Of a DNA stretch of 64,000 nucleotides, positions 49,795 to 64,000 are shown piece by piece. Source of the DNA: Octopus sinensis (Eukaryota); contig NC_043009.1 of the NCBI RefSeq assembly GCF_006345805.1, positions 64,542,001-64,606,000 of the forward strand, in the 5' to 3' direction. The stretch's first letter is position 1, and each line of letters starts with the position of its first letter. A program made the translations under genes and the position numbers. The notes under the pieces were generated by a model. That model worked only from the letters and a program-made list of their open reading frames with translations. It was not told the origin of the DNA and made no database searches.

Positions 49795-50518
49795 AATCTG
49801 TTTCCTCCTCGGGACTGAAAACTTTCCGATACTGCTACTGAGATCACACATGAGACCCCAGCGAGAATTCGCATTAAGCATTATTAGTGGAAAAACACCT
49901 AATTATATTCTGTTCTCGCTGTATAAAATACCGGCACACCTCAGCTTACGTCGATAATTGGTTTCAAGTCATGATTAATTCTAAAACAGTTGTAACATGA
50001 AAAGAAACACCTTAAAAATTTGTTAGCTCATATCTGCTTTGTTAAATGGCGTGTACGTTTTCATATGGATTTCATTTAATTTTCCGCCTCAATGTTGGTT
50101 TTTAGGTATTTCGAACAAATTTTTATGCATTTAACGGTGTTTGCTGAGACGGATGTGAAGTCGGATAAATCGACTGAAGTTGAAATAAATTTTGTTCCAA
50201 TAATTTCCACGTAAAGTTGAATATGTCATAATTGGAAACGACGTAAGGTGAGGCATGCCTGTATGGACAGTCAGATACATGGATTTTATCTCGCCTCTAA
50301 ACGACAGATAAACTCAGTCAACTTATTCACCGAACGGTGTCTCTCAACGAAAAAACAAACAAACAAAAAAAAAAAACAGAGTGGCTGTATGGTAAGTAGC
50401 TTGCCACGCTGTGTGATTGAACCCAGAACCATGTGGGCAAGTGTCTTCCGCTATGGCCTCGGTGTGACCGAAGCCTTGTGAGTGGATTTGGCAGACGGAA
50501 ACTGAAAGAAGCCCGTCG

Positions 50519-50582
<64 letters not shown>

Positions 50583-50856
50583 TATAATTATATATATGTG
50601 TGTGTGTGTGTGTGTGCGTGTATGTTTGTGTGTTTGTGTTTGTCTCCACTATCATCGCCTGACAACCGATGTTGGTGTGTTTACGTCCCCATAACTTAGC
50701 GATTTGTTCGCCTAAAAGCGGTGCTCCAGTATGGCCGCAGTCAAATGACTGAAACAAATAAAAGAATAAAAAAGAATAAATATACATATACATACATACA
50801 TATACATACATATATAAATATATATATATATATATTATTTATATATATATATATTC

Positions 50857-51833
50857 AGCCGAAATTACTACGATGATCCGGTTCTTGACTGAAGACTGAG
50901 GGTTTCGAATGTCCTGTCCGTGTTTATTGTATCGTCTTCTTGAGTATACGTTCTTGTCCATGTTGTATTTTTCTACATACCTTAACATATATTCCAGGCG
51001 CCACGTACCCTCTTAACATTAATGTGAGCACGTATCTTAATAACTGGTACGACTCTTTGTTTGTCTCTCTCTCTCTCTCACTTTTACTTGATCTGTCCCC
51101 TTCTCTCTCTACTCATCCTCTTTTTCTCTTCTCTTTCCTCTGATTCTTTGGTCTAATCTTCCACTACCCTCCTATTTCTTTGTCTCGCTCTGCACTCACA
51201 GGTCGCTCTTCGACACCCATCCCTTCTCCTCTCTGATTCCTTCTTTCTCTCTCTTCTCTCTCTTTTTTGCGTTTGTCCCTCCTCTCTCTCTCTCCTCTCT
51301 CTCTCCTCTCTTGCTTCTCTTTCTTTTCTTTCTCTCTCTTCTCTGTCACGTGACTGCTGGCCGAAATCTGCCTTTCAGCTTCTGACCAGCGTCGTGTTAA
51401 CATCGTTGTTTTCGTCCGCCGCTATAGGCATCGCCGATAAGGCTCCTTCCTTGCGCCAGAGACAAAATTTGTTTGCTTGTTATCAGTCGTAAGACACTTG
51501 TTGTTTTCACCGTTAATGCTTCTCTATTTCATGTTTCTGTATTCCATTATTTTTTGTTTTTTTATATTCGTCCCTTTTGCTGTCCTGGGTCCGTATGCAT
51601 TCGATCCTTCTTCCAGGAAATCTACGCTCCCAGCTTAGTTTTTCTAATGCTCGTTGCTTAGTTTTTCTTGGAGGGCTGGCCGTGATCTAGTAATCTCAAG
51701 ATTAATCAGCCGAAATTACTACGATGATCCGGTTCTTGACTGAAGACTGAGGGTTTCGAATGTCCTGTCCGTGTTTATTGTATCGTCTTCTTGAGTTATA
51801 CGTTCTTGTCCATGTTGTATTTTTCTACATACC

Positions 51834-51836
<3 letters not shown>
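50857..51836 (+). mobile_element. Non-coding element with about 135-bp terminal direct repeats (pseudo-LTR-like)
   Basis: 50857-50990 nearly identical to 51706-51836; (TA)n flanks; third partial copy at about 31690-31890. Confidence 0.75.
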
Positions 51837-51901
<65 letters not shown>

Positions 51902-52099
51902 ATGTATATGTATTGGTATATGTGTATTATACGTTATGAGGCTGTTAAATAATGTTCCATACTCTTATATGATATTTGCATTATATATCATGCAGCTATT
52001 GCATAAAAGCTACCTGCTTACAGAATACGTAATCACGGTTTTTTTTTGATGATTCGGTAATTTTGTTTATAGAAGAACTCGAAGGGTTAAAACCAGTAA

Positions 52100-53420
52100 C
52101 ACATTCTCTGATAAGTTTAGCTCAAACACCTGGCTTACCTCAGTGAAGTGTAATAGCTCCAACCTGATTTATTTTATTAATGACATTGCTGATACATTTG
52201 TTTCTTCTAAGCTGACTTAATCAATGCTGACGTTGTTATGTTTATTATCACTGGTACCTCTATCGCTGGTATCATACAGTAAACACAACCATGACTTATA
52301 TCGTATATTCAGATTGGGTTTCTCTGTGGAACATGCACTTTAATTACCCTTAAACTGTTGGGTTTTTTTTTTTTTTCTAAATCAGGTGGACTGCTAGAAA
52401 GCATAACGTTCTTGAATTCCCTTGTTACATTTGCAAACGATATCAAGCAACCGCGATTTTAACTAACTGCTGTCATCAAATTTAATGGCCGCGTTGATCA
52501 TGTGTTCAAAACAGTTCCACCTCACCTGTTTTTACTCCACCGGATATCGTATTACCTGCCTGATGAAGCTGTACTCCAACAAGCATACAAAAAGTACATC
52601 GTCTCCCACTTTCAGTTTGCCTCAACAGCTTGGGCTGTCGTAAATTTATCTCAAAGAGTTCGTTTTGAGAAATTTCAAAGGCGAGTTATAAGAACAAGCC
52701 TAAACTATTCTCCCTGTCAAATCCGTATATCTGTTGATTATATCAGACTATATTTATCTTCTCTTCATGTTCGAAGGAATTTTGCATTGTTACTCTTTTA
52801 CTCTTTTACTTGTTTCAGTCTTTTGACTGCGGCCATGCTGGAGCACCGACCCCAGGACTTATTCTTTGTAAACCTAGTACTTATTCTATCGGTCTCTTTT
52901 ACCGAACCGCTAAGTTACGAGGACAAACACGCACACATATAAATACATATATACGACAGGCTTCTTTCAGTTTCCGTCTACCAAATCCACTCACAAGGCT
53001 TTGGTTGGCCCGAGGCTATAGCAGAAGACACTTGCCCAAGGTGCCACGCAGTGGGACTGAACCCGGGACCATGTGGTTGGTTAGCAAGCTACTTACCACA
53101 CAGCCACTCCTACGCCTATCTTCTCTTTATGTTCGAAGGAATTTTGCATTGTTATGCATATAAACTATCCCATTGCTTCAGTTTAGAATGTTGCATCAGT
53201 TCTGCCCTCCTAAAATAAGAGCTACACATCATAAACTCAGCCCATCCTTTGTATACGTTACCCTACTCTGCGGACAATGGCTGAACATCGCTCCTTTTTG
53301 GTACTGAACTATTTAACTGTGTTGCCCTCCAAGGAATGTAACACTCCCGGTAAATTCTAAATTTATTTGTGGTTTATCTTGAACGCATGCTAACACTATT
53401 TTTGTTTTCTAGAAAGAGGA
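52100..53420 (+). mobile_element. Old L2/CR1-type RT fragment split by a SINE
   Basis: FINDIADTF..; LQQAYKKYIVSHFQFASTAWA..RFEKFQRRVIR pattern; interrupted at 52793-53116. Confidence 0.55.
52793..53116 (-). mobile_element. SINE family A copy with 38-bp target-site duplication
   Basis: 52755-52792 equals 53117-53154 with one mismatch. Confidence 0.9.
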
Positions 53421-54834
53421 GCCAATAGTAATTAGCAGTACACATTGCATTCAAATATGGACCATTTCTGTACAGAAAAGAAATCCTTTTCGTTTTTATT
53501 CGTCAATTATTAGGTCAAATAATTCTCCCAATTAAGTAACATAATAAGGGAGGATGAGCATTTAACGCAGCCCAACCTGTGTTAAGTTCTAGTTATAATT
53601 ACAAGAATAAATGAAGGGTTGTGTCTGTCACGATAGGAAGATTCGCGAATTAAATATCTTGGGTTATTTTTGTCGTTTAGCTATAATAATTTTGGGTTTC
53701 AAGTTCAAATTCTCCTAAGGTCGGTATAGCTGCTCATCGTCCCCGGGTTGTTAAAATAACCGCCAGTAAAATATTAGAGTCGACTTAATCGTCTGAGTTG
53801 CCTTCCCACTGATATTTGAGACCCTGTGTCAATATTGGCCGCCATCTTTATTACAATTTGCTCATTTAATATCTTGTACTTCATCCTCTCTGCTCGTAAA
53901 TAACCTCTTTCCAAAACCCTCGAAGATGCACCAGATGCGTGGCCCCACGATTTCTGATGATGCATCAAGGTAACCAGATACTTATAACGTTATCAAAGTT
54001 GCAGTCCATTGTTTTGAACTTCAGAAAATGTCTGATCAGTTGTTGGAACATCGGGCATAGCTGTGTGGTAAAGAGCATACTTCCCGAGCACATAGTTCTG
54101 GGTTCAGTCCCACTGCATGGCACCTTGGGCAATTGTCTTCTACTATAGCCTTGTGAGTGGATATCATAGACAGAAACTGAAAGAATCCCGTCGTATATAT
54201 ATATTTATATATATATATGTGTGTGTGTGTGTATGTGTATCTATATGTATGTGTCTTTGTTCTGTGTTTGTCCCCTACCACCGTTTAACAAACGGTGTTG
54301 GTGTGTTTACGTTCTCGTAACTTAGTGGTTCATCAAAAGACGCCGATAGAATAAGTGCTAGTCTTTAAGAAATAAGAACTGGGGTCGATTCATTCGACTA
54401 AAAATATTTCAAGGTCGTGTCCCAGTATGGTCGCAATCTAATGACTGTAACCAGTAGACGATGAAAGATAAATAGAATTAAAAACAAAAACAAAAACATA
54501 GGCAAGGACTGAAGTGGAATCCATATTGAGTACTGCTTACATACCTGAGGCGGAGCTGGTGATAATTTTACAAGGATCCGATATCACATTAAAAATATAG
54601 TCACCCAGTGATTGTTAATTCACTGACCAATATCAAGTCTACGTCGGCCAGAACTCACTCTGTAGTTATATAGGCGCAGGAGCGGCTGTGTGGTAAGTAG
54701 CTTGATTACTAGCCACATGGTGCCAGGTTCAGTCCCACTGCGTGGTACCTTGAGCAAGTGTCTTCTATTATAGCCTTGGGCCGACCAAAGCCTTGTGAGT
54801 GGATTTAGTAGACGGAAACTGAAAGAAGCCTGTC

Positions 54835-54917
<83 letters not shown>

Positions 54918-55234
54918 TATATATATATGTATGTATGTATGTTGTGTGTGTGTGTGTGTGTGTGCATGTGCATGTATGTATATGTCTGTGTGTCTGTGTT
55001 TGTTCCCACCACCATCGCAACCGATGTTGGTGTATTTACGTCCCCGTAATTTAGCAGTTCGGCTAAAGAGACCGATAGGATAAGTACTAGGCTTACAAAG
55101 AATAAGTCCTGTGGTCGATTTGTTCGACTAAAGGCAGTGCTCCAGTATGGCCGCAGCCAAATGACTTAAACAAAAAATAAAGAATGTATGGGAAGTTGGT
55201 TTAACTAAAAGTATTTTTTCTTTATTTCTATATT

Positions 55235-55610
55235 TCTTTATCTAGTTTCAGCTCACGAGCTGTGGCCATGCTGGGGCACCGCTATTTGGTGTTGCTACAT
55301 GATTTTACTTCACGAATGCTTTTTAACAATTGCCACTTGGTGCATGAGAGAGTTCGATGCAGCTGCCCTCATTTGCATCTCCTGCCGTGAAGTTGGTTCA
55401 TCTGGGACACCTGACAAGAAGAGATCCAGTTTTATTTTAAAGACATCTGCATCCACCCCATGCAGGTCTCTCAGGTTCTTCGGGAGGATATTGAACAGCT
55501 GTGAGCCTTTGAAGCCCAGGCTATCACAGTATCTTGTCCTACATCTTGATGGCAAATATGGAGTCCTTGGCACCACGCAGTGGCGTCCAGTTCTGGCATT
55601 TGTGTAACTC
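55235..55610 (-). mobile_element. 3' fragment of a related CR1/L2-group LINE
   Basis: RTRYCDSLGFKGSQLFNILPKNLRDLHGVDADVFKIKLDLFL closely matches the end of ORF 27291-27836; same 3' tail motif. Confidence 0.9.
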
Positions 55611-55887
55611 TCGATGCGAAAGTTTGTATATTGATAGAAAACTAGTGGCTACCATGCAGTTAATCTTTCTGTGGAGAGACTAACGTTATGGTCAGCTACT
55701 GGCCTCTGTAGAGACTAGTTACGTTTTTGCGGGCCGTTGTATAATGCGTTTTTTAAAACCCAAGACGTCCATAAGAGATGTTATCGCTGGACGAATACTG
55801 CAGCAACTTGCCTTTCAACGATGTATTTACATGAAATATGACGCAGAGAAGACTGCTTTAATTTAATATGCTTCTATTACATAGAAC

Positions 55888-55932
<45 letters not shown>

Positions 55933-56185
55933 ATAATAATAATAATAATAATAATGTGTACATATATACATAAATACATGCGTTCACACACATACAGACA
56001 CAAACACAGACACAGACACAGACACCCACCCACACACACACCCACACCCACACCCACACACCCACACACGCACAAGTGCAGCCATTCGGAACACTTTTCA
56101 CGTGTAGTCCAACCGCATCAACCTCACCTATCTAGACGGGTGAATGGAATTGCAAAGGTCAAACGTGTTGCTACTTCTTCCTTAA

Positions 56186-56236
<51 letters not shown>

Positions 56237-56259
56237 GTAATAATAATAATAATAATAAT

Positions 56260-56818
56260 AAATGCCCTGATGCAGTACCAGGCAGTGGCTCACATGGCTT
56301 CTGATCTTAACTGATTGGAAGTGTTATCATGTACATTGTTTTGTCTTGGTATAAAAGATGGGCTACAGCAAATATTCTGCTCAATACCACAGGTTTGCTT
56401 GTCAGTTGTTTGACCTTAACCAGTTGAGCATGTCCCTTAGTGGCTGACGATATGTGCATTTCTGATCACGAGCAGAAGTAGTGGGGGAGCATCATAGCCA
56501 TGTGTTGAGAGGAATTCTTTGGGGTTTTAATAATTCACCTTTGAAAACATGGGTGTCTCGTTCATCATCCTTAAACGACTCTTATTCAGGGACCTTTTGA
56601 GCGAGATGGGTTACTCAACCAGTAGAAAATTCTAACTGGGCCCCACCTGCAAGGTCATGTGCTGTTTGTCTTGATATGAGATCACCATGTCGCGCACATA
56701 TGGTTGTGATGCATGTGCCTGGTGTACCCTTATCAGACGGGTTGTCATGATGGGTATACTGGGCTTCGTATATTTTACCCCAGGGTCACTTTGATGGCAT
56801 GCACTGCTCTTTCACTCA
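56260..56818. mobile_element. Unclassified 559-bp non-coding element, copy 2, inside (TAA)n
   Basis: Reverse complement of 29967-30525. Confidence 0.85.
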
Positions 56819-56830
56819 ATAATAATAATA

Positions 56831-56886
<56 letters not shown>

Positions 56887-57547
56887 TAATCGTTTGTTAA
56901 GGAGAAAAAAAATTTCTTCCTTTTAGTAATGAACCTGTCTTCGAGAGATTAATTCTCTTGCAATTTTCTTCAGCTTTACTTTGGGAGTCACTTCACAGTT
57001 CCAGTTCGATGTTTTGATCTCTTTCTCAAACTATGAAGGGCTTTTAATTAAGAAGCTCTCCGTACAATATTCATAAGTATACTCAATATACTTATTCGCT
57101 TCTAAGCAGTGAAATCTTCGTAAACAAGATCGAGCTGCGCTCTCTTAAGGACGCCCAGTCAGTATTTTTATTTATAGTTCCCACAACGATAAATATAGAA
57201 AACAACAAACATTTTTGAGTACGGAAGCCATTAATTTTTGCTATTTACAAAAGTTTCCCAAGACTTCTACTAAAGATCCATCCCATAATCTTTCCTCCAA
57301 CGTACACGCTTTCCCTCCCACTGTTAAACCTTTCCTCCTACTCACTTCAATCATACTGGGGTGATTATAGACGAGGGACAACTGGTGCAATTCTGTTTTG
57401 CCAGCCCATCCTCTTCAACAGGGCATGGACGAACCAGGGAGGAAAGACAATTCGCTATTATTGATGTTAATAACCATGATTATGATGTTGATGATAACGA
57501 TGTCAATGACGACGATGACGACAACATGACGACGACGACGACGATGT

Positions 57548-57898
57548 AGAAGAAGAAGAAGAAGAAGAAGAAGAAGAAGGAGAAGAAGAAGAAAAAAGAA
57601 GAAGAGAAGAAGAAGAAGAAGAAGAAGAAGAAGAAGAAGAGAAGAAGAGAATAGGAGGGGAAGAAGAAGAAAAAGAAGAGAATAGGAGGGGAAGAAGAAG
57701 AAGAAGAAGAAGAAGGAGGAGGAGAAGAAGAAGAAGAAGAAGAAGAAGAGAATAGGAGGGGAAGAAGAAGAAGAAGAAGAAGAGAATAGGAGGGGAAGAA
57801 GAAGAAGAAGAAGAAGAAGAAGGAGAAGAAGAAGAAGAAGAAGAGAGAAGAAGAGAGGAGAAGAAGAAGAAGAAGAAGAAGAAGAAGAAGAAGAAGGG
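57548..57898 (+). repeat. (GAA)n purine tract with repeated GAATAGGAGGGG inserts
   Basis: Read directly. Confidence 0.95.
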
Positions 57899-58321
57899 AC
57901 ATTGTGACAAACGACGATGTTAATTGTTGAGATGGCGAAATCTGAATTTCTTCCCTCCTCACCCCCCCACTCCACCGTTCGCCTCTCCATTTATGACATC
58001 ACAGTTAATATGATAATGACCTCTTAATGACAGTTTAAAACCTATTCGAGTTAAATACAAAAACAAACGCCTCAACTGATTTCTTTTTACGAACTAAAAG
58101 ATACTTTTGTCGTTCCAGACCAAACGTAAGCTTTCGTAGAAGATGGCCACAGTATTATGCCTCAAACCCAAAGCGTTTCAAAATCGGATCACATGCCTTT
58201 TTTATGTGATTAAGAATTTAGTGTACTTCTGTAGTGAACATCAGTAGAGCACCAGAGTACGCCAAACAAAGAACCATTTCCATTAGTCACCGAAGGATCT
58301 TCTACGCGCTAAGTCCGTATC

Positions 58322-58446
58322 AGGACAATTACCCACCTTGGTCAATTACTCCCTCTCCAATATATTATGGAGTTTTAACTCATCGTCTGTTGTCCTCATG
58401 GGTCCTCGAGGGTTATTGTCCATGGGGGGGGGGGGGTAAATGTCCT
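58322..58446. mobile_element. Tiny TIR element
   Basis: AGGACAATTACCC ... GGGTAAATGTCCT. Confidence 0.45.
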
Positions 58447-58499
58447 AGATTCCACTAAGTCTGCTGTAAAGACCAGCTAACTTACTTTCAAATCAGATC

Positions 58500-60870
58500 C
58501 TGCCTTTAAAAAAAGCGAAGGACATATTTGATAATGTTGCTCTGGATACAATATGTCTGATTGAAAGAAAGGATAGTCACGAAGCTGACATTTTATAGAA
58601 ACCAATTGATATGTATGTTCAAAAGGACTTTGGAAGGTCAGACTGATATACCAATTTGCTACAGCAGGGACAAATCTTGTTGCCAAATCACCGAGATGGC
58701 AAGAAAATACAGGCCCATTGCTTGCCTATACATTATGTACAGTCTGTACACAAGTTGCCTCAACCAATTCCTCCAGGACCATTGTGAGTCGAACAACATT
58801 GTGACTGATGAGCAGGTTGGTGGAAAGTAGGGAGTGTAGAGATGTGCCGAACAACTTTTAATAAACAAAGCTGTACAGTTTGAAGTAAGATAACAACATA
58901 CACACCTTGTGACAATATGGCTTAACTATAAGAAGGCATACGACTCTCTCCCTCATTCATGGCTGGTGAATTGCTTACATCTGGCAAAGGTACCCACTAC
59001 CTTAATTACTGCTATAGAGAGACTCACAAAGACATGGACAACAATTCTTACCCTTACAACTGAGAACGGAATAATTGTTTCTGAGGGTATAGGCATTTCA
59101 AAGGGAATATTCCAGGAAGATAGTCTTTCTGTACTTCTTTTAATTTTAGCACTGAATCCATTATCGTTCCTACTGCAGAAAAGAAATGGTTACATGCTAG
59201 GTTCTTCAACTGCTAGAAATATCAATGTAACTCATAATTTCTTTGTACACAACCTGAAGTCGTCTTTTATGCTATAAGTGTTAACAATGCCAAAAAAAAA
59301 AAAATTAATAAAATAAACAACTGGAATTAACAACATTTTCTGCTGATATAGGCATGGAATCTGGCCAAAAGAAATGTTAATATTTGGTTATAGAACGAAA
59401 AAAGTCAGTCCTCCAAGCCCAAAACCTGTGAATCAACAGCCTCTATCTCTCCTGTTTCATACAAAGAATGTTACAAGTACCTAGGCATAGGCGAAAATGT
59501 ATCATATAAAGACACTGTGAATAACGATAGAGTGACCCGAGAATATTACACCAGCCTTAGGAAAATAGAACAATCGAAACTTTCCTCTCGAAACAAAACA
59601 ATATCCCACAATGCATTTGTAGTACCAGTGCTGATCCCACCATTTGATATATTTGATTGGTCTGTAGAGGAAATCCATTCCGTAGATTTCAAATCCCGCA
59701 AAATCCTGACTACAACTGGGAACTTCCGCAGAAACAGTGATGTTGACAGGCTCTACATAAGAAGAAATGAAAGTGGTAGAGGCCCCGAGATCAGTGCAGA
59801 CGGCCTTCGAATGCTAAACAACAGGAACAAGAATAAATATATAAATGCAGCGCTGAAAAGTGAAGTGTGCAACAGTGTACGAGTTGGCAGTGAACTCCTC
59901 AAGAAACACTCTCTTCCTGATGATTTCCTATACAGCCCCAAAACAGTTGGGCTCTCTTACCCCAGAGAAGACCTGGATGGAAAGCACTCAGCATACAAGA
60001 AAAAAAAGACTACGCACGGGTATGTTGCCCGGAAGCTTGAAGAGGACAGTAGAATTGACACGAAGCGCAGCCTTTCTTGGACACAAGACCACTGTATCAC
60101 ATCACACTTTGAGGGCTATGCGTTTGCAATCCAATCCAGGAAATACCTGGTAAACAAAAGAAACGGTGACGCTCTTGTAATCCCAAGGTACAACCACATG
60201 TGTAGGCTACGTCATGTTTCTGTGGAAGACATCACGCATGTGATTAACAGCTGTCTTAAAATGACGTCACGGTACTGCCTTCCTATGCAGCACAACATTG
60301 TTGCTAAAACAATTTACAATGCCACCCGCAAAAACGACTGTCCTGAAATAAACTTAGAAAATCCCTCTGTTATGGAAATACATTAATAAATACCAAACTC
60401 AAGAAATACTGGTGGAATATTCTCATCAAAACCTCTGTCAAATGTAAACATAACAGGCCGGGTATTGTTGTTTGGGACAGAGGCGCAAATTTATGTACCA
60501 TCATAGAGGTCAGCTGCCCTGCAGATATAAATATCTCTTTGAGAATCAAAAGAAAAGGAGGATATCTATGGACAACTGCTTCGAAACCTCCAGCTTATCT
60601 ATCCAGACTATGAATTCATATTCATAGTCCAATAATAATTGAAGCACTAGGTTTTGTTAGTAAATGCTTAAAGGAGAATCTGGATAAACTGGGATTTTCA
60701 GAACGAGAAACTGAGCGGCTGATTCATACATTACAAGTGCAATCTGTGAGTGGAACAGTAAAAATATGCAAGACTTTTCTAAAGTTCCAAATGTGAATTT
60801 GTGTTAAAGATATTTCGAAGATGGGCCTTGTATCTGTGTAGGAAACCGGCCCCCTCCTCAGTGGAAGATT
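58500..60870 (+). mobile_element. R4/Dong-clade non-LTR retrotransposon (RT, CCHC, RLE), 5'-truncated and frameshifted
   Basis: WLNYKKAYDSLPHSWL, GIFQEDSLS, decayed catalytic FVHN (for FMDD), RLYIRRNESGRG, SHFEGYAFAIQ, IEVSCPAD; 3' UTR hairpin gggcc..ggccc. Confidence 0.88.
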
Positions 60871-63800
60871 TATAATAATTAAAAAAATAGAAGAAACACA
60901 TACATACATGTGTGTGTGTGTGTGCATGTATTGATGTTTGTCCTTCTGCCATTTTTGGTGTGTGCGTATTTGTATGGGAATCCATCTTATACTACAGACA
61001 TAAAGTATGCATTACGCAAGAAGTATAAGATTTTAGCTGTCTAAAGACATGCACTGAGAACATTTTTAAAAATGCCTTTCCTTCCAACGTTTTTGTCGGA
61101 AAAAATAGTGAGATTATCTAAACCGGTTTCGATCCGTTTGGCACTCGATTCCAAAATCTAGTTCTCCACATCTGTCCACTGAAAAATATAACTTCATAAC
61201 TATGTATATAAGTCTATCGTATAGTGATTACGTGATCGACCAAACTATCGGATGTTACACTTCGCTGGTCACGATGTGCTTTGCATCGTTGTTAGCTTTC
61301 AAATGCTGCCACTCCACAGGCCAACGTTCTCTCCGATGGGAAGATTAGTCCATCTCAGGGATAATCAGTTACAGCTGAATCGAGTGGGGCAAAGTGAAAT
61401 GAAGTGTTTTGATCAAGAACACAACGCGCCACTCAGTCTGGGAATCGAACACACGACCTAGTGATCGTGAGTGCAACTCCCTAATCAGCAGGCTACGCAC
61501 CTTCAGGTATAGGTACACTAACATACATAGGTGTGTATGAATGTATATATGCATGCAGGTATGTGGTTATGTATGTTATTTTAAATGTGAAACTTCCGGT
61601 TTCGTCAATTTAGATTTGGGTGCAAATGAGAAGTTTTGATTATCACATTTTGCACACTAAACAACGAGCAATCTCTTTGAAAGGCGACACTGATTTTCTC
61701 TTTATTACCATTCTTAAGGCTTTTAGAGTTACAGAGGTGGTTCTATTGTTAATGAGGCTTATTTCAGACGTGGTTCTTACGAGGTATAAACCTGTCGCCT
61801 TAATTCTTTTGCCCTTTCCCATCTTTCGGCTATATTTGTGTTATCTGACGTACGCACGGCTTAATGTCTTCGTCTTGCCTGGTAAATATCTTGGTAAGTG
61901 GTTAGTCGGCATGTTTCTTTGCATTTCTGTTTTGTTTTTCTTAAGTAAGGAGAATATTTTTTGTTTACTTTTGTGGTATCGCTAGCGAGTTGTGCTTCTC
62001 TTGGCGTTGTTGCACATATATGTCTAGACTGATTATGAATTATTTATATACTGGCTCCAACTGAGTTAGACCATTGCATCTATCTTGTCTTTATATATAA
62101 AGGATGCATATATCAATCTTTCCGATTAATACTATTATTGATAAGGCGACGAGCCGGCAGAACCGTAAGCAAGCCGGAGAAATTGCTTATTGGCATTTCG
62201 TCCGTCTTTATGTTCTAAGCTCAAATTCAGCCAAGGCTAACTTTGCCTTTCATTTTTTCGGGGTCAATAAAATAAGTACCAGTTGCCGGCCTTGTGCCAA
62301 AATTTGAAAACAATATCATTATCGATAAGACAGCAAACTGGCAGAATCGAAAGCGCGTCGGACAAATTGCTTATCGGCATTTCGTACCTCTTTACTCTGA
62401 TTTCAAATTCCGCCGAGGTCGACTTTGTCTTTCATTCTTTCGGGGTCGATAAAATAAGTACCAAGTGGACACTAGGATCGATGTAATCGATTTACCCCCC
62501 TCCCCAGACTTGCAGGTGTTGTGCTAAAATTTGAAACCGATATTATTGATGTCAATATGGCAGCGAACTAGCAGAATCGTAAGCGCGTCGGACAAATTGC
62601 TTAGAGGAAAATTCCGGCTTTACGTTCTGAATTCCAATTCTGTCTTAGCTTACTTTACCTTTCGTTCTTTCGGGATCGATAAACTAAGCCTCTGTTGAGC
62701 ACTGTAGGTGATGTAATCGACTGACCCCTTCTCCCCGAAAACTTTAGTCCTACGCCAATAGGCATCGTTGATATTTTTTCTGCTATAGAAATTAGACAAC
62801 ATTTTAGAACGAATCTGGTGGCCTGACACGTTCAAGCGCTTGCATAAATCCGTATAAGGTAGCTGTCAACTCGTAGACAAGTATGGTCGTTGATGGCAAA
62901 TTGTCTTATCCTAGATATTAAAGATAATGGCTGTCAGCAATGCCTTGTACATAGGTAGATAGACAAATAAATAGATACTTATGTATACACGTGCATACGT
63001 AATTATGCGCATGCGCATGCGCACATATGCAAATAGTTCTGTATACACAAAAATGGTTTGTGCAAACATACGTATGTACATATATGCGTTCATATAATAC
63101 ATACATACATGCATACATACATACATGCATGCATACATACATACATACATGCATACATACATACATGTATACATACATACATACATACATGTCAGCATGC
63201 ATGCGTACATACATGCATACGTACATACATACATATGCTTATATATATATATACATGTATACATACATACATACATGAATACATACATGCATACATACAT
63301 ACATGCATACATACATACATGAATACATACATACATGAATACATACATACATGCATACATACATGCATACATATTTGCATACATACATACATAATACATG
63401 CATACATGCATACATGCATGAATACATATGTACATACATACATACATACATACATGCATACATACATACATGCATACATACATGCATACATACATACATA
63501 CATACATGCATACATACATGCATACATACATACATACATACATACATTTATGCATAATATGCGGACACAATCGAAAAAGACATCAGCAAAAAATATCGAA
63601 AACGAAACCCTGTCTGTATTTTATACAAATCTTATCGACGATAACCTAACTTATTGATTTCTAATGTAGATAAAAAGCAAAGCGGTTCGCTGGCAGAATC
63701 GGTAGCATGCTGGATGAAATGCTTAGCAGCCTTCTGTCTGTGTCTATGTTCTGAGTTCGAATTCCGCCAAGGTCGACTTTCCCTTTCATTCCTTTCGGGG

Positions 63801-63930
63801 TTCATAAAATAATTACCAGTTGAGAACTGGGTTGAATGCAATCGACTTATCTCCCTTGCTGCATAAATGCTTGTAACTTACTAACTTCCTACACTCGGAT
63901 CTCTGGAAAGTACTTGCCTATTGCTATCTG

Positions 63931-63983
<53 letters not shown>

Positions 63984-64000
63984 ATATATATATATCTACC

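Noticed and set aside
51672-51722. HDV-like ribozyme reading (P1 GGCTG/CAGC, CGAA, P2 TAGTAAT/ATTACTA)
   Set aside because: No P1.1, P4 or proper P3/L3; kept only as a possible pseudoknot.

Overview
AT-rich, microsatellite- and transposon-saturated animal DNA, not prokaryotic. The tRNA-derived SINE families and repeat landscape look like an octopus/coleoid genome (inference from pattern recognition, not a database hit). Almost all listed ORFs are microsatellite or transposon artefacts. The only well-supported host coding sequence is one 1,215-nt phase-1/phase-1 exon on the minus strand (10400-11614). It encodes a signal-peptide-like segment, an Ala/Thr tract built from GCA/ACA codons (reminiscent of antifreeze glycoproteins) and a Ser/Thr mucin-like stalk. 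This exon is bracketed within 30 and 100 nt by inverted copies of one SINE and has no in-frame stop, so a back-spliced circle would carry an endless ORF (hypothesis). The rest comprises three SINE families (one forming head-plus-tandem concatemers), a 5S rRNA pseudogene, a near-complete CR1/L2-group LINE, R4/Dong-, HERO-, RTE- and Penelope-type fragments, hammerhead-like motifs, mariner remnants, a piggyBac-like element with retroelement cargo, non-autonomous Helitrons, four long fold-back elements and one 100-N gap. Repeat boundaries were read by eye and are approximate unless splice sites, TIRs or TSDs are quoted.
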